DNA from: Octopus bimaculoides
Lineage: Eukaryota
Length of the DNA stretch: 62,608 nt
NCBI RefSeq assembly: GCF_001194135.2
Contig: NC_068983.1
Location: 128,149,075 to 128,211,682 of the forward strand
Direction: 5' to 3'
The translations under genes and the position numbers were made by a program. Shown here piece after piece: positions 40,194 to 51,502 of this stretch; within the stretch, counting starts at the first letter, position 1; every line of letters starts with the position of its first letter. A model generated the notes under the pieces. The model was given only the letters and a program-made list of their open reading frames with translations, had not been told where the DNA came from and did no database searches.

Positions 40194-40277
40194 TGTGAGA
40201 AGTGGGATTCGAACCCACGCCCACATTCGTGGACCAGAACTTGAGTCTGGCGCCTTAGACCGCTTGGCCATCCTGAT
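40194..40277 (-). tRNA. trnL-CAA: tRNA-Leu(CAA) copy, intronless, probably a pseudogene
   Basis: Minus strand reads ATCAGGATGGCCAAGCGGTCTAAGGCGCCAGACTCAAGTTCTGGTCCACGAATGTGGGCGTGGGTTCGAATCCCACTTCTCACA. It has A box, B box, a long variable arm and a CAA anticodon at 40241-40243. The acceptor stem has two mismatches (A1:C72, C3:C70). Confidence 0.8.
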
Positions 40278-40510
40278 ATATATATATTCTGTATTATGTA
40301 TATATAAACTTTTTATTATAGCTGCAAAATTATCACAGAACTGTTGCTCAAATTTTCGCGTTCCTTTTCGTCAGACAGTTGTGATGAAAACCGAATTAAG
40401 ATTATACACTTCTATATTTAAGAGATGAGGAATTATGTACATTATTTACATTATTTACATTTGACGGATATTTGTCCTCATCTCGTTTGTTGTTCGATTC
40501 CAGGCAGTGA

Positions 40511-40564
<54 letters not shown>

Positions 40565-40848
40565 NNNNNNNNNNNNNNNNNNNNNNNNNNNNNNNNNNNN
40601 NNNNNNNNNNNNNNNNNNNNNNNNNNNNNNNNNNNNNNNNNNNNNNNNNNNNNNNNNNNNNNNNNNNNNNNNNNNNNNNNNNNNNNNNNNNNNNNNNNNN
40701 NNNNNNNNNNNNNNNNNNNNNNNNNNNNNNNNNNNNNNNNNNNNNNNNNNNNNNNNNNNNNNNNNNNNNNNNNNNNNNNNNNNNNNNNNNNNNNNNNNNN
40801 NNNNNNNNNNNNNNNNNNNNNNNNNNNNNNNNNNNNNNNNNNNNNNNN

Positions 40849-40904
<56 letters not shown>

Positions 40905-41249
40905 TGTTTGTGTGTGTGTGTGTCCGTGTATGTGTGAAAGGAGACAACAAGATCCAGTGTAGTATTTCTCAGCCATCTTCTGGCGTCGTTTCTCTTATTT
41001 TTCATTTTTCAAAATTATATTCTCTGCTTTTCAGTATTGTCTGAATCAAAATTTGCATTCGAAATAATAAACATATAACACTGGAAATCTTTAGTTTTCT
41101 ATATTAAGTTCATATAGATTATTTAGGATATTTTTATAATGCCGATCTAGTAATAAAGGAATGTTGATAGATTTTTAAATTTCAATAAAATATTTATTGT
41201 ATTCATAGCTAATTATTTAACAGACTATATGCTACGTTTTACTTCAATA

Positions 41250-43100
41250 TACAAAATGTTCAATAGAAAACCTAGCTATTGTAATTTATTTTTATCTCAT
41301 GAAAATAGCAGTGAATGGGAATCCTATGAGTTTTTGTCTTCCTTTTACTTTGCCATTTATTGGAGCTGTGGAAAATTTCTTTAAAGGGCACAATGCAAAT
41401 CATTTTCAATTTCTAATCTACTATGTAGCCTCGTTCCCATTTCCAACAGACTTAAAGAATCTGAATCACAAAGATATGTTGACACAAATGGAAGCAATAA
41501 AAATGCAACTTCCGTCCTGGATAGGAATCGCACATCAAGCATCAATCTTTTGTGATGCATTTCTAATCGAACATAATCCTTTGCTCCTAAAACATTCTTC
41601 AATTATAGAAATTCATCTTGACAGTCATAAGCAACTTTTCAAGTGACAATTTTAATGGATTTTACACTAAATCCATTTCCTCAACGGCTAAATAAATGTA
41701 TTTTGCAGCAAATACGTATTTTTTTTAAATTTTGAAACTACTTGGCTTTCAACGCCACCATCAAAGCTTGATGACAATTTCTCAGATATTCTTTATATTG
41801 ACTTTCCTTTTCCAGCTATCCAGTTTGCCCTCGGGGCATTCAATGAATCAATAAATTGTTTCATGTTTGTATTCCTTCCTTGCATCTGAAGATTCAATTT
41901 GTTCAGAGCCTCATAAATATGAAACAAATTGCCAGGGTGCATGATCTTTCCTCATCATTCAGCCAAGAAAATAATTCCGCCACACCCTGTACTTCAAAAT
42001 ATAGAATGAGTTCATCATATTCAGATTCAAATACACGTTTGGTTACATTTCTTCTCGAAAGACATTAAAATATTTTAATCGTATAGAAGTGGCTTCTTGT
42101 CCTGCTTTCCTCTCAAAGCTGAGAGTACATTATTTGACAAAACTCATGATTTGATCTTTTTAATCCAAATCCTTTTTCTAGTAACACAGAATCCATTATC
42201 TGACAATAGATAATACAATGATTGTCTTCTAATTTTGGAGCTAGCTTTTTTCGCGTAGACTTTTCCCAACTCAGTGCTGCATCTTTACTGCACCGATAGA
42301 TTTATTTCAAAGATATACAAGACAAAATCCTATTTAGATGACCCGAATTGAACATTTTAATCAAGTTTGAGCCACTGGGAATATGATGCCACATCAGTGA
42401 ATGCATAATTTGATCTAAAAAAAAAGAAAGAATCAAAATCCTTCACAATTTGAACTTGTACTATTCGAACACTACTATTTAGTATGGTAGTAAAACTGCT
42501 ACAAGCTGTGTCTCTATGTTTCAATTCTGATTACAATTTCTACCATTTTGGAAGCACATGATTTGACTAAAATTTCTGTTTTATGCGATATTCTCTAACT
42601 TCTGTATTCTCAGTGTTACAATACGTGAAGCGTTAAGGATCTCTCGGGTCGGTTCTTGAAACTTCCTTGCTCATTTCAGTTTAAGCTTTTTCAGAGCATT
42701 TTCATAATATTCAAAAAGGCTATTGTTGTTGCCATTAGGTAGTGGATGAATATTCGGCAAATGCGGTTTTAAAAATTTGGATTTATAGAATCATTTGAAG
42801 AGCTATTTCTCTGTTTTAATGATGATCGATATAAACACATCTACAATGTTCTCTCTCTTTTTGATACTAATAATGGGCTCAAAATTCTGAGATCAAAAGA
42901 AAAGAAGCTAACTAAACTATAAATAGAATATTTCTATATAGATTTAAATGTAATAATTCTACTATTATACATGATCCGCAAGATTAGACTATATTAATTT
43001 TAATTCCAGTTCCTTCTTAGGCCATAAATTTTTTGCTAAACGGAGCTCAGCCCTCCTCGGTTGACACCTCGCGATATACATACTAATTGACTGAATCTTA
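41250..43100 (-). mobile_element. hAT (Charlie/Buster-like) transposase fossil in MMP intron
   Basis: EILVKSCASKMVEIV, YEALNKLNLQMQGRNTN...FIDSLNA and LLLPFVSTYLCD...RLEIENDLHCAL (hAT dimerisation domain) occur in collinear order with many stops. Confidence 0.85.
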
Positions 43101-44089
43101 TTTTAATTTAATTGAAGCTGTTGCTAAGTTCTTGCAAGAAGAAATAATCGTATACATTCATTATTACATATTATACCTGTAATACAGTTATAATATGTAA
43201 GTTCAGTTTAGTTGACTACAAATTATTATTTATATTTGGTAGTGATGAAGGCGATGTTCCTACCTTAAGAGTCTGAAAAATACCTAAGAAATGTATACAT
43301 ACTTCTATCTCCAATACAAAGTCAGGTTTTTTTTTCTGAATATTATTATTTTTGTATATCTATTACAGTTGAACACTTTCGAGTATATAAACTGTACGCA
43401 TGCAGAGATGGTATTTCCATTTTCTTTAAATTTTACTTGATCTCCGAAGGATCCTGTAGTTTTCCAAATTGTTGCATAGCTTACATATATACAAGGAAAT
43501 AATGCTCTCATACTGTTCACTGCAACCTACTGATGATGATATATTAATCATAATTTTTTATACAATTTCTCTTACAAATATCGATTCCAGGATACCTACA
43601 CACACATACACATACGCACGTTTTTAATTTAGTGTATATATATTCCTTGCATTTCATTTTAATGTATATATTTACCTTATATTATATATGTGGGGGGGGG
43701 CATTACCAAGTTATTTCATATATGTTATTTATATTCATTTATACATTATTTCTATGATAGTTAAATTTATTTCTATTTCATATCCCTTTTTTAAAATTTT
43801 GCCCCAAACTATAACCAGTTAAATCCTTGAAATATCTGTATGTTCATAGGGTTATTGCATGTATGTACGCTCACTAATTTAACGGTTTGTCTGTCCAAAG
43901 CATTTTCATAAGTTTGTCCAAAACGTCCATCCCTGCTTCCAGATTTTTAGTTATCCCTTATTTCATATGATCTGAGAAATATAAATCTTACCTAGTTGAA
44001 AAAAATTGGGATTATGTATCATATATGATGCATGGACGCCAAGGAAATATGTGTCACGTGATAAACAGTACAGGTAAAAGGTTAATCTA

Positions 44090-44250
44090 GGCGTTGGAGT
44101 AGCTGTGTGGTAAGTAGCTTGCTTACCAGCCACATGGTTCCGGGTTCAGTCCCACTGCGTGGCACCTTGGGCAGATGTCTTCTACTATAGCCTCGGGCAG
44201 ACCAAAGCCTTGTGAGTGGATTTGGTAGACGGAAACTGAAAGAAGCCCAT

Positions 44251-44299
<49 letters not shown>

Positions 44300-44548
44300 A
44301 TATATATTTATATATGTATGTATGTGTATATGTTTGTGTGTCTGTGTTTGTCCCCCCAACATCGCTTGACAACCGATGCTCGTGTGTTTACGTCCCCAAA
44401 ACATAGCGGTTCGGCAAAAAGAGGCCGATAGAATAAGTACTAGGCTTAGGCTTTGAAAGAATAAGTCCTGGGTCGATTTGCTCGACAAAAGGCGGTGCTC
44501 CAGCATGGCCACAGTCAAATGACTGAAACAAGTAAAAGAGTAAAAGAA
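44090..44548 (+). mobile_element. SINE family C (tRNA-like head, central (TA)n/(TG)n, tail ...gtgctccagcatggccacagtcaaatgactgaaacaagtaaaaga)
   Basis: Head gtagctgtgtggtaag...ggttcagtcccactgcgtggcaccttgggca; the same tail recurs several times in the window. Confidence 0.9.
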
Positions 44549-44696
44549 CCTGTTTTCCTGATTTTAATGTTTTCTCTAGATACTATAGATTCTCAATTGT
44601 ATGTCGCAATGTGAACGTATGTCTACATCATCCATGCATCATATATGTATTGCTTCACTAAGACGAAAAGTAACTGTTGAACTATTCTATTTCTAG

Positions 44697-44855
44697 GGGT
44701 TAATCTCTTTCAAGTGGCGGCGCATGAAATTGGTCACTCTCTCGGTTTGGCTCATTCTGATGTCAACGATGCTTTGATGGCACCGTTCTATCGAGGATAT
44801 AAACCAAATTTTAAACTAAGCAGAGATGATATAGCTGCAGTACAAGAACTCTATG
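44697..44855 (+). CDS. MMP catalytic exon with zinc-binding motif and Met-turn: (G)[52 protein letters not shown](G)
   Basis: Acceptor ttctatttctag ends at 44696 and donor gtagg starts at 44856; phase 1/1, in frame with the previous exon. HExxHxxGxxH plus ALMAP Met-turn is the metzincin signature. Confidence 0.98.
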
Positions 44856-44913
44856 GTAGGTTCCTACGTATAACAATTGGAAATATTGGCCAGTATGTGT
44901 ACCCACTCACACA

Positions 44914-44960
<47 letters not shown>

Positions 44961-45337
44961 AATGCGCGCGCGCACACTCACACCCACATGCACGATCGGG
45001 CACACACAAACATACATACACTGACTTTCAATGTGCAATAAGTTATCATACTTTCATCTTCCTCTGCCAGGAAGATGAAAATTCAGTGAAAGACGACGAC
45101 GATGACGTTGATGACAAAGAGGTTCATGATGGTTATTTTCTTTTTATTNNNNNNNNNNNNNNNNNNNNNNNNNNNNNNNNNNNNNNNNNNNNNNNNNNNN
45201 NNNNNNNNNNNNNNNNNNNNNNNNNNNNNNNNNNNNNNNNNNNNNNNNNNNNNNNNNNNNNNNNNNNNNNNNNNNNNNNNNNNNNNNNNNNNNNNNNNNN
45301 NNNNNNNNNNNNNNNNNNNNNNNNNNNNNNNNNNNNN

Positions 45338-45382
<45 letters not shown>

Positions 45383-45605
45383 TTAGGAAGCGAGCTGGCA
45401 GAATCGTTAGCGCACCGGACGAAATGTTTAGTGGTATTTCGCCTGTTGCTAGGTTCTCAGTTCAAATTCCGCCAAGGTCGACTTTGCCTTTTATACTTTC
45501 GAGGTCGATAGATTAAGTACTAGTGAAACACTGGGGTCGATGTAATCAACTAGTCCCCTCCCCCAAGATTTCAGGCCTTGTGCCTTTAGCAAAAAAGGAT
45601 TATTA
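45383..45605 (+). mobile_element. SINE family A (gcgagctggcagaatcgttag...gttcaaattccgcc...gaaaggat(TAT)n)
   Basis: B-box-like gttcaaattcc, ATT-repeat tail; multiple homologous copies in the window. Confidence 0.85.
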
Positions 45606-46264
45606 TTATTGTTGTTGTTGTTATTATTATTATCATCATTATTATTGTACTACTATGACAACTAATAAAGATTTACATTATTGAACACAAGAAATAAACT
45701 TACAGATTAGAATTAATCCACACATTTCTTACTCTCTAAAAACAAAATCTATCCTTTATACCCCAATAAGTTTGCAACTAACTTCTACCGAAATGCTGAA
45801 TTTGTTTTAAATGTTATGAACAAATCTATTCTTATCAGATAACACAAGCTAGCCACAAAAGACAAAAACTGAACAAAACCCATTGGCTAATCGATTCGTT
45901 CCTGCAAGCCCCTATATAACGGAAACGTTTACCCCATTTTCTCCAAGTTGCATTTACCTACTTACTGAGAACCTATACTTCGTTACAGAAGTTTGTGTTA
46001 TAGACCATGAAATACTTTGCCACACCACCGTCACACTTCACACATGTGGCTCGTATCCACCGATAGATGTAGACATCAAATGACAAGGGAAACATAAAGA
46101 CATCACCTTCATTGTAAAAGAGTATCTTCAAAAATATTAACTTATTTAAATATTTTATATGAAAATTGTTCATATGCTTTTCTTTTCTTTTCTTCATCTA
46201 CATAGCCTTTGCATATGAAATAAGTGTTTATAAAGACGTATGCTCTTCCATACACACTACATAC

Positions 46265-46420
46265 ATGTAGGTCTATGACATGACGTAGTGATTAGTATAT
46301 TCGACTCACGATCATAGAGTCGAGGTTCTATTCCTGGAGTGAGCGATGTACTGTTACCTTGAGCAAGGCACTTATTTTCCCGTTACTCCAGTCTAGTCAG
46401 CTGAAATTTTTAGCAGTCAA
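46265..46420 (+). mobile_element. Degenerate tRNA-headed SINE with ccttgagcaaggcactt central motif
   Basis: gtagtgattag..tattcgactcacgat...ggttctattcctgg...ccttgagcaaggcactt; a similar decayed head occurs at 47605-47837. Confidence 0.5.
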
Positions 46421-47079
46421 GTGCCAGTGCAACTCCCTCCATCTGTAATAATTTTGATGTTCTGCTGCGCCAGATGTAAGAGGGCCAAGAGGATATATAT
46501 GTCTGATCGCAAATACACAGTAAAATAAAATATTTTACGAAAGAATGGTGCATGATACGAAGTCAAAATCACGATTGACGGAGATAAAAATATAATATAA
46601 GACAATATATATACAACATATATATTATATATAAACGTATATTATATAGTTAACAAATCCAGTAGCGACAGAATATAGATATGTTTGTGTGTGTATGTGC
46701 ATGTAAATAAATAAATATATATATATATANNNNNNNNNNNNNNNNNNNNNNNNNNNNNNNNNNNNNNNNNNNNNNNNNNNNNNNNNNNNNNNNNNNNNNN
46801 NNNNNNNNNNNNNNNNNNNNNNNNNNNNNNNNNNNNNNNNNNNNNNNNNNNNNNNNNNNNNNNNNNNNNNNNNNNNNNNNNNNNNNNNNNNNNNNNNNNN
46901 NNNNNNNNNNNNNNNNNNNNNNNNNNNNNNNNNNNNNNNNNNNNNNNNNNNNNNNNNNNNNNNNNNNNNNNNNNNNNNNNNNNNNNNNNNNNNNNNNNNN
47001 NNNNNNNNNNNNNNNNNNNNNNNNNNNNNNNNNNNNNNNNNNNNNNNNNNNNNNNNNNNNNNNNNNNNNNNNNNNNNNN

Positions 47080-47338
47080 CCCGTCGTATATATGTATATG
47101 TATATATATGCGTGTTTGTGTCTGTGTTTGTCCACCCCCACCCCCCAGCATCGCTTGACAACCGATGCTGGTGTGTTTACGTCCTCGTAATTTAACGGTT
47201 CGGCAAAAGAGACCGATAGTATAAGTACTAGGCTTACAAAGAAAAAGTCCTGGGGTCGATTTGTTCGACTAAAGGGGTGCTCCAGCATGGCTGCAGTCAA
47301 ATGACTGAAACAAGTAAGAGTAAAAAGAGTAAAAAGAG
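47080..47338 (+). mobile_element. SINE family C 3' half (head lost in gap)
   Basis: High similarity to 44250-44548. Confidence 0.88.
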
Positions 47339-48475
47339 TATATATGCAAAATATGGGGGTTTAGTCACACAGGTGAGCTAAACGATTAGGTACGCTACGT
47401 AAATACTGTAACGGATTACTAGGGCTCCAAGATTATAGCCGAGACGGTAGTTATGGAGCCATTGCAGATTTCCGATATAGCGAATATATGATTGTTAAGG
47501 AGGAAACAAACGATAAGGCAAGTCAAACATCTCAATTCATATACATTGTTATTATTGGAAAAGATTCAATGACTTACAGCTGTTTCTAGGATGACAGAAT
47601 ATCCCATACTCTGGCTTAATGGCTAGTGTGTTGGACTCGTGACCGTAAGATTCTAGCACTGGGTGAAGCGTTGTGTTATTGAGCAATACATTTCCTTTCA
47701 CGTTGCTACAGAGCACTGACAAAAAGCAGGCGATGCTGTAATCAACCGGCGTCCCATCAGTGAGGAATATGTATACTTGTGCCAAAGACACAGGGAAACC
47801 GGTCCTATAGTCCTTCCTGACTGATATGGAGTAACCCGTGTGTGTGTGTGTGTGTGTGTGTACTACATAGCACAGATGAATGGAGTTCCTACCGTGATTA
47901 TTCCGTACTTTCTGAAGTATTCTATATCTAGTATTCCATTACCCAATATGACTCGGTATAACCACCACCTATTTCTCCTTCTCTTGCTAGCTTATCATTA
48001 TCATCACTATCATCATCGTATTCATCAACAGTAACATCACCATCACCACTTTCAATTTTATTGCTATGTACACAAACACGAGACTGATAATTATCATAAG
48101 TTTTCTCCTTAACGTCTTCATCATAATCGCGATCATTCAGATCATCATCACCACGGTTATCATCGTCATTGCCATTATCATAGTTATCAATATAACAACG
48201 ACAGCTGCAGCAATAGCAACAACAACAACAACAACAACCTGTACTGCCACCATCGTTTATCATCACCATTATCGTTACTATCGATATTAGCTTTGTTGTC
48301 TCTGTCGTCGACCTCGGTGAGGTCATCATCAATGTGATATGTTATTAAGCCAGTAGCCAGAGTTATTGAGCTAACGTGTTAGATTTAATTCGTTACGTGA
48401 CAATCTTAGGTCTCTTATTAATGTAAAACAAACTATGGACACTAAGTACATTCGGTGATTTTTAATATATTTCAG

Positions 48476-48612
48476 GAGATAAATATTATCGATTGTCAGG
48501 AACAGGAATTGATGTAGGATATCCGAGAAAAATTGAATGGGACTGGTTCGGTGTCACTGGTCCTATTGACGCAGCCCTTACCTGGGATAATAGCTACACA
48601 TTTATATTTAAG
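48476..48612 (+). CDS. MMP hemopexin exon (end of blade 1, start of blade 2): (G)DKYYRLSGTGIDVGYPRKIEWDWFGVTGPIDAALTWDNSYTFIFK
   Basis: Not in the ORF track; read by hand. Acceptor atatttcag ends at 48475, donor gtaagc starts at 48613; phase 1 in, phase 0 out. GYP..I..W and IDAA...FIFK hemopexin motifs. Confidence 0.95.
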
Positions 48613-48692
48613 GTAAGCATCATCTAACAGCACTCCTACATATTGCTCATCATTTGATATTGTGTTTCAGAAATGTATACCTTTGTTTAAAA

Positions 48693-49194
48693 CGTTGGTT
48701 CTCAATCTCCTCGATATTGTGGCCCGCTGGAGGCCAAATAGAAAAAAAGGAATTATTGTCACATTTTTAAAAAAGCTGTTGAAAATATAGAAGAAAAATT
48801 TAGAAAACGTTCTCTTTGCTTAGTTTTGTCAATTAGGCATGTATTCAATGTGATTACAAGTTACAAGATTAAGACAATCTGTACTAACGCTTGAGTTAGT
48901 ATTGATTTTGCAAGAATTTAACTATTTAGTATTCAGATAACTCAGTGAAATGTAATGCTTATTTATTCATATTGTTTCGATGGTGCGATTGTTTAATTTC
49001 TAAATGGCAGTGTAGGATAGGTGTGAGAGACCGGATCTTGCCAGTTCAAACATAAAACAGGTGGAATATCTATGTACGATATGGACAGATTACAGGCTAA
49101 AAGTTTAAATTATGACTACAAAAATTTACGAAACCCTAAAATGCCCCTATCTGGCACTTTGGTGTGCTATAGAACACCTTTTTGCGAACCACAG
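48693..49194 (+). mobile_element. Degenerate hAT-type MITE containing a nested element
   Basis: Ends cgttggttctcaa and ttgcgaaccacag resemble CAGTGGTTCTCAA TIRs; TSD is weak. Confidence 0.45.
48918..49108. mobile_element. piggyBac-like MITE (TTAA-flanked)
   Basis: TTAA at 48918-48921 and 49105-49108; ends ctatttag and gctaaaagt resemble eroded CCCTTTAGC TIRs. Confidence 0.45.
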
Positions 49195-50149
49195 TTGTAA
49201 GGTATTCATGAGGAACTTACCCCTTTCTGGAAGAAATCTCAAAACATGTTGATTACAGACTATTTTAAAAACTCATTAAATATCAGTTTATATTTTTATT
49301 TCTTACTTTGATATTTGTAATTACATTTTCACTACAAATGCAATTATAAATTTTCATATATCTAATTAACAATTTTTTTAATGTGCTCAATATTAGATTA
49401 GAACTAATTCAATATGGCCTCCAAAATGTAAACAAAAATTCCTCCTTCTTTGTTGAGTACATAGGATAGCAAACGCTAGCTGCAGATTCTGGTTGTTACC
49501 CATAGATGCAATATGTCTGCACTTCTATACTGCATGTGAGAGAGCTGAACATAAGCTTGAGACATCGAAAATACAGTAGATATAGATAGATATAGCTAAA
49601 ATATATGTGCCAGAACATCAAAGAGTGCTTATGACTAGAATAGAAGGTGCTTTACATAGACTATTTTGATGACTCCACTCATTGTAAAAGTGAAGTTGAC
49701 CGATACGTCATATATACGATATATTCCTTCAGGTTCGGATTTGCACAACTTAGAGCAACTTTACAAATAAATTCTGTTGAAAGTCAGTGCCACCAACAAA
49801 ATTTGACGAATTGGAATTGAATAGTTTCTGGTCCCGGAGAGCCGGCGTCTTTCAAACTTGAAATAGACTGTGAAATGTGTTTTTAATTAGAGGTGCAGCT
49901 GTTAGTCAAGTTACTGTTCTGGCGCTCTGGATCTCGTATCAGTATATAGATTGAATCCCTCTCTTACAGGATCTATTGAACATTCATACAATCCACCTAC
50001 TGTAAAGTTTCTTTAGGCATCTTGGTATTCTTAATACATTCTGATAGATCCCAACGTGAATATATATTCACACATGCTTTCTCATCGGACAACACCTCCC
50101 TCACATGCATGAGGTATTTACAAACACCCGATTCACCAGTGTAAGGGGA

Positions 50150-50196
50150 CTTTGAGATATGTGATGTTTCGATATTGTGTGTCTCTTCAGTCGAAG
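50150..50196 (-). ncRNA. Decayed hammerhead-like motif (inverted partner of 50388-50438)
   Basis: Minus strand reads CTTCGA-CTGAAGA-GACACACAATATC-GAAAC-ATCAC-ATA-TCTCAAAG; the triplet and stem II are mutated. Confidence 0.35.
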
Positions 50197-50387
50197 CTAT
50201 CCCGCTAGTTCATTGAATCTAGACAAAGCAAGAGTTTTGTTTATAGGAATTAGTAGACAAACTAGTTGCAGGTGCATGCTGATGTCTATCAACCTCAGTA
50301 ATTCATGGGCTGGCTGCAAAATAAGTTCTGGCACGTGAATATCACACGGGTATTGCTTTTCGTCATCGAAGAAATTCAGCGTGATAG

Positions 50388-50438
50388 CTTTGACTGAAGA
50401 GACACATAACGATGTTGAAACACCACGGTATCTTGAAG
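50388..50438 (+). ncRNA. Degenerate hammerhead-like motif in MMP intron (sense strand)
   Basis: CTTTGA-CTGAAGA-GACA-[8 nt]-TGTT-GAAAC-ACCACG-GTA-TCTTGAAG. Core and stem II present; stems I and III are imperfect or bulged. Confidence 0.45.
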
Positions 50439-51298
50439 TCTTATTCCGATGAATCGTATGTATTGTAAACGCACGCCGTTGAAAGGGAAGGGATATTCTC
50501 CGATAACGAAAAACAAAAGCAATCAGGTATTCAGATTCGAATCTGCCAGAATATATTAAGAATTATACTTTAGTTTCTCATTGACCAATGTGCACCTCAT
50601 AGAATATTGTGCAGGCATTTCCTACAAGTACACACATAAGCTGAAAAGGAGTGTATGTGTTGTCTTCAACAGCAACTCTCCTTCAGAAACACAATGTTGC
50701 TTTGATCAAAGAAGTACAATATGGACTTAGATATACAACACCGGGAAATAGCTAGTTATGGTCATACTGGAAAACATTTTTACCATAAGAATGCTTAGAG
50801 CTGAAAACTGGAACATATCTTTACCATAAATATGGTCATTCACCCTGCTAAATGTGACTACCAAATCTTTCTGAAATCACCTCAACATCTTGAAGGGAAC
50901 GTCATTTATCATAGATCTGCACCATCAATGCTGACCTGGGGTTAAATAACAAAACAAACGCATACTCTCTCTCTCTTTCTCTCTCACGTGAACATTTATT
51001 ATGAAAACATTCACCTATGTAGAAACATAAAATCTGCTGATAATCAGTAAATATGAGTTTATTCATACAGCAAACAAACTAATAAATAGATAAGGTAATT
51101 CGCGGTATCAAACAGTTCATTATCGTCGCTTCACTGCTGATAACAATAACACACGTATATCAAACATTATTTTAAAATATTATTTGCTCACAACTCCACC
51201 GCCTAGGTCCATCTCTCTCAATCCATTTCAACTAAAACACTGAAGAGATCTAACGATATATATACTCTTTGATCATTTCATATGTAAATCATAATTTG

Positions 51299-51335
<37 letters not shown>

Positions 51336-51360
51336 GTTATTTTACTTTTTATTTCAATAG

Positions 51361-51502
51361 GGTGATGAATATTGGAAGTTTGACCACATGAAAGCAGTCA
51401 GTGGATATCCACGTAAAATACGCGATGGCTTCAAGGGAGTGCCGGATAATATAGACGCAGCTTTTGTATGGGGTGGAAACGGAAAGACTTATTTTATTAA
51501 AG
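51361..51502 (+). CDS. MMP hemopexin exon (blades 2-3): GDEYWKFDHMKAVSGYPRKIRDGFKGVPDNIDAAFVWGGNGKTYFIK(G)
   Basis: Not in the ORF track. Acceptor tttatttcaatag ends at 51360, donor gtatat starts at 51503; phase 0/1. The DAAFVWGGNGKTYF motif matches the Drosophila Mmp1-type blade (recalled similarity). Confidence 0.96.

Larger units (their letters stand above)
50084..50504. repeat. Diverged inverted repeat (~150-bp arms 50084-50230 and 50354-50504)
   Basis: Shared blocks (atcgga, tttacaa, cgattca, gtgtctcttcagtc.aagctatc.cgct, aaagca) in reverse-complement order; roughly 70% identity by eye. Confidence 0.75.

Noticed and set aside
40336-40381. Minus-strand AACTGT-CTGACGA...GAAAA...GCA-ACAGTT hammerhead-like string
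   Set aside because: Stem I pairs, but stem II does not form and the triplet lacks the required U16.1.
44856-45511. ORF-track 265-aa ORF continuing past the zinc exon
   Set aside because: Read-through is only (CA)n, N-run and (TAT)n; the canonical donor at 44856 ends the exon.
46418-46480. PSICNNFDVLL, resembling the missing hemopexin start (C...FDA)
   Set aside because: Followed by a stop, wrong phase for the available AG sites, no TY.FK or donor; abuts a SINE remnant.
47928-48332. 134-aa minus-strand and 74-aa plus-strand ORFs
   Set aside because: Low-complexity (CAT/CAA)n-derived sequence with no domain features.
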